A DNA stretch of 62,847 nucleotides, the filler included, from Catajapyx aquilonaris (taxonomy: Eukaryota): NCBI GenBank assembly GCA_000934665.2. It is 2 parts of 2 records of this genome, joined end to end, with 100 filler letters (N's around TTAATTAATTAA, not from the genome) between each part and the next. Parts side by side here need not be neighbours in the genome. Positions count along the whole stretch, not along the records: positions 31,553 to 62,847 come from JYFJ02004545.1; 1 more part is not named here. One strand, written 5' to 3'. Position numbers and translations under genes: made by a program. This document shows positions 61,375-62,847 of the stretch, piece after piece (the first letter of the stretch is position 1; each line of letters opens with the position of its first letter). The notes beneath the pieces are model-generated. The model saw nothing but the letters and a program-made list of their open reading frames with translations, was not told the origin of the DNA and did no database searches.

Positions 61375-61808
61375 TATTGTGGGTGCGGCTAACTTCATGG
61401 GGGGGGGGGGGGACCGACCCATTCACTAANATAAGTACACGCATCGTTTGTTTAGCGTTTCTTTACGTTTGTTTTGGTGGTTCCGTCGTTTGTTTCGGAT
61501 TGGATCTTTTGTAATTTAAAAAACATTGCGGGTGCGGGTAATTTCACGCAGCCCGACCCATTCACTTACCTGGTACACACATCATTTATTTATCGTTTGT
61601 TTTAGGAATACATGCATTGTTGTTGTTCAGTTTCAAACATTGTGGGTGCGGATAACTTCACGCAGCCCGACCCATTCACTGAACTGGTACAATAAGTACA
61701 CACATCGTTTGTTTATTGTTTGTTTTGTTGAAAAATCATGTTTTGGAATAGATGCTATATTTTAAAAAGACATAGTGGGTGCTGCTAGCTCCACGGGACC
61801 CGACCCCA
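61375..61808. repeat. Degenerate tandem array, 4 units of ~115-145 bp
   Basis: Core ATTGTGGGTGCGG-TAACTTCACG..CCGACCCATTCACT recurs near 61376, 61525, 61639 and 61772. Confidence 0.8.
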
Positions 61809-62054
61809 AGCGCAAATCATTTGAAGCTTGGACAGCTCCACCACGGTGAGTTTACTCTTTCCTGGCGTTCTCTAACCATGAGGTAATAGGTGTTAAGTCT
61901 AGACTTGTTAAAGTGAAATATTGAAACTTTTTATTTCAGCCCAACATTTCGTGTGGAGGGTGTGAGGTGCACATGTTGGCGTGTTCAAGACAAAGCTTCA
62001 GAGTATTACAAAAGGGATTGCTCCCTTATGAAGAAAAGAATTTTATGAATATAT

Positions 62055-62135
62055 TACAGTAAAACTTCTATAAGTCGAATCTCCATGGAACCGGGAAAAA
62101 ACTTCGCGTTATAGAATATTCGAGATAGAGAAGTT
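62055..62135 (+). mobile_element. Single Tc1/pogo-like TIR end
   Basis: TA|CAGTAAAACTTCTATAAGTCGAA..TTCGAGATAGAGAAGTTT; no partner end seen in the window. Confidence 0.45.
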
Positions 62136-62339
62136 TGGATTTTTTAAAGCACATAACTCTATAAGGAAGCCTACCTTTATATCCAGAGACGAAAGGTGTT
62201 CAAAACTTAAAAATAACTGTCACTATCACATTTACACTGTTCCTCGTTGTTTTGTTGCAAAAAAATCTCCGTTATGGACATTTGCCTACTCTTATATTCA
62301 AGGATTCAATTTTCACAATCGAGCCAAACACTTCTTTCG

Positions 62340-62490
62340 GTGTAATACGTCTGGTACAGTACTCTAGTGGGAGACTTAGGCGTATACAGAATATCATTCG
62401 AAACTCGGTGCAGGCAGTTCTGATATCTTTTCTGTGGTTTTCCACGTCCCTCCTGTGTCGATTCCTAAAAAAAGCCTTCATTCCAATCAT
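62340..62490 (+). mobile_element. Highly decayed SINE family 3 copy
   Basis: TTCGAAACTCGG..TTTTCTGTGGTTTTCCACG..TTCCTAAA resembles the family-3 body. Confidence 0.5.
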
Positions 62491-62511
62491 TTTTTCATAC
62501 CTTAGTTCCCC

Positions 62512-62514
<3 letters not shown>

Positions 62515-62561
<47 letters not shown>

Positions 62562-62563
62562 AT
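62515..62563. repeat. (TAAA)n microsatellite
   Basis: About 12 TAAA units. Confidence 0.92.
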
Positions 62564-62692
62564 CTGGGACATAAGCGACCTGCGGTCCTTGGTTCTCTTC
62601 TAAACATAGGTGGAAAAGCATAGAATATGAGACCATATTAAACAAAAATTAATGATGAAATGAGGCAGACCCTGTAGATAATGATGATGATG

Positions 62693-62733
<41 letters not shown>

Positions 62734-62847
62734 GGTGAAGTGGGGGAAGTGCACACCCGGGGTAAGTGCATATATTGTGCCGCCATATTGGAATGAAAAT
62801 GGCTGACGACACCAAAATGCGTCAGCTATGTAGCTGCACAGTGCAGC

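Noticed and set aside
61375..61808. CRISPR-like repeat-spacer appearance
   Set aside because: Eukaryotic context, degenerate repeats, mutually similar spacers and no cas genes.

Overview
Eukaryotic, most likely arthropod, genomic DNA made of two pieces joined by an artificial 100-nt gap linker (N44-TTAATTAATTAA-N44, 31453-31552). The left piece (1-31452) carries two intron-containing genes on the minus strand, which I rebuilt by hand with GT-AG junctions and matching phases. One is a Cad96Ca/Stitcher-type single-cadherin receptor tyrosine kinase (about 6569-2897) with an atypical DLG motif and a GEGCFA glycine loop. The other is a ~21-kb CAP/SORBS adaptor gene (29363-8376; SoHo + 3 SH3) with an N-terminal PDZ domain missed by the ORF track, alternative first exons and large optional exons. 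The right piece (31553-62847) has no complete gene and is packed with short mobile elements. These include four tRNA-headed SINE families, most with intact 11-15 bp target-site duplications (TSDs), which share a covarying 3' stem-loop. There are also many palindromic non-autonomous DNA transposons (Tc1/mariner-, Harbinger-, Sola- and CMC-like), several nested, and a LINE ORF1 relic. Weaker signals are a window-wide excess of TACAGTA/TACTGTA footprint-like heptamers, a C-type-lectin-like terminal exon and an X-box-associated first exon at the contig edge. All family assignments come from recalled motifs; no searches were run.
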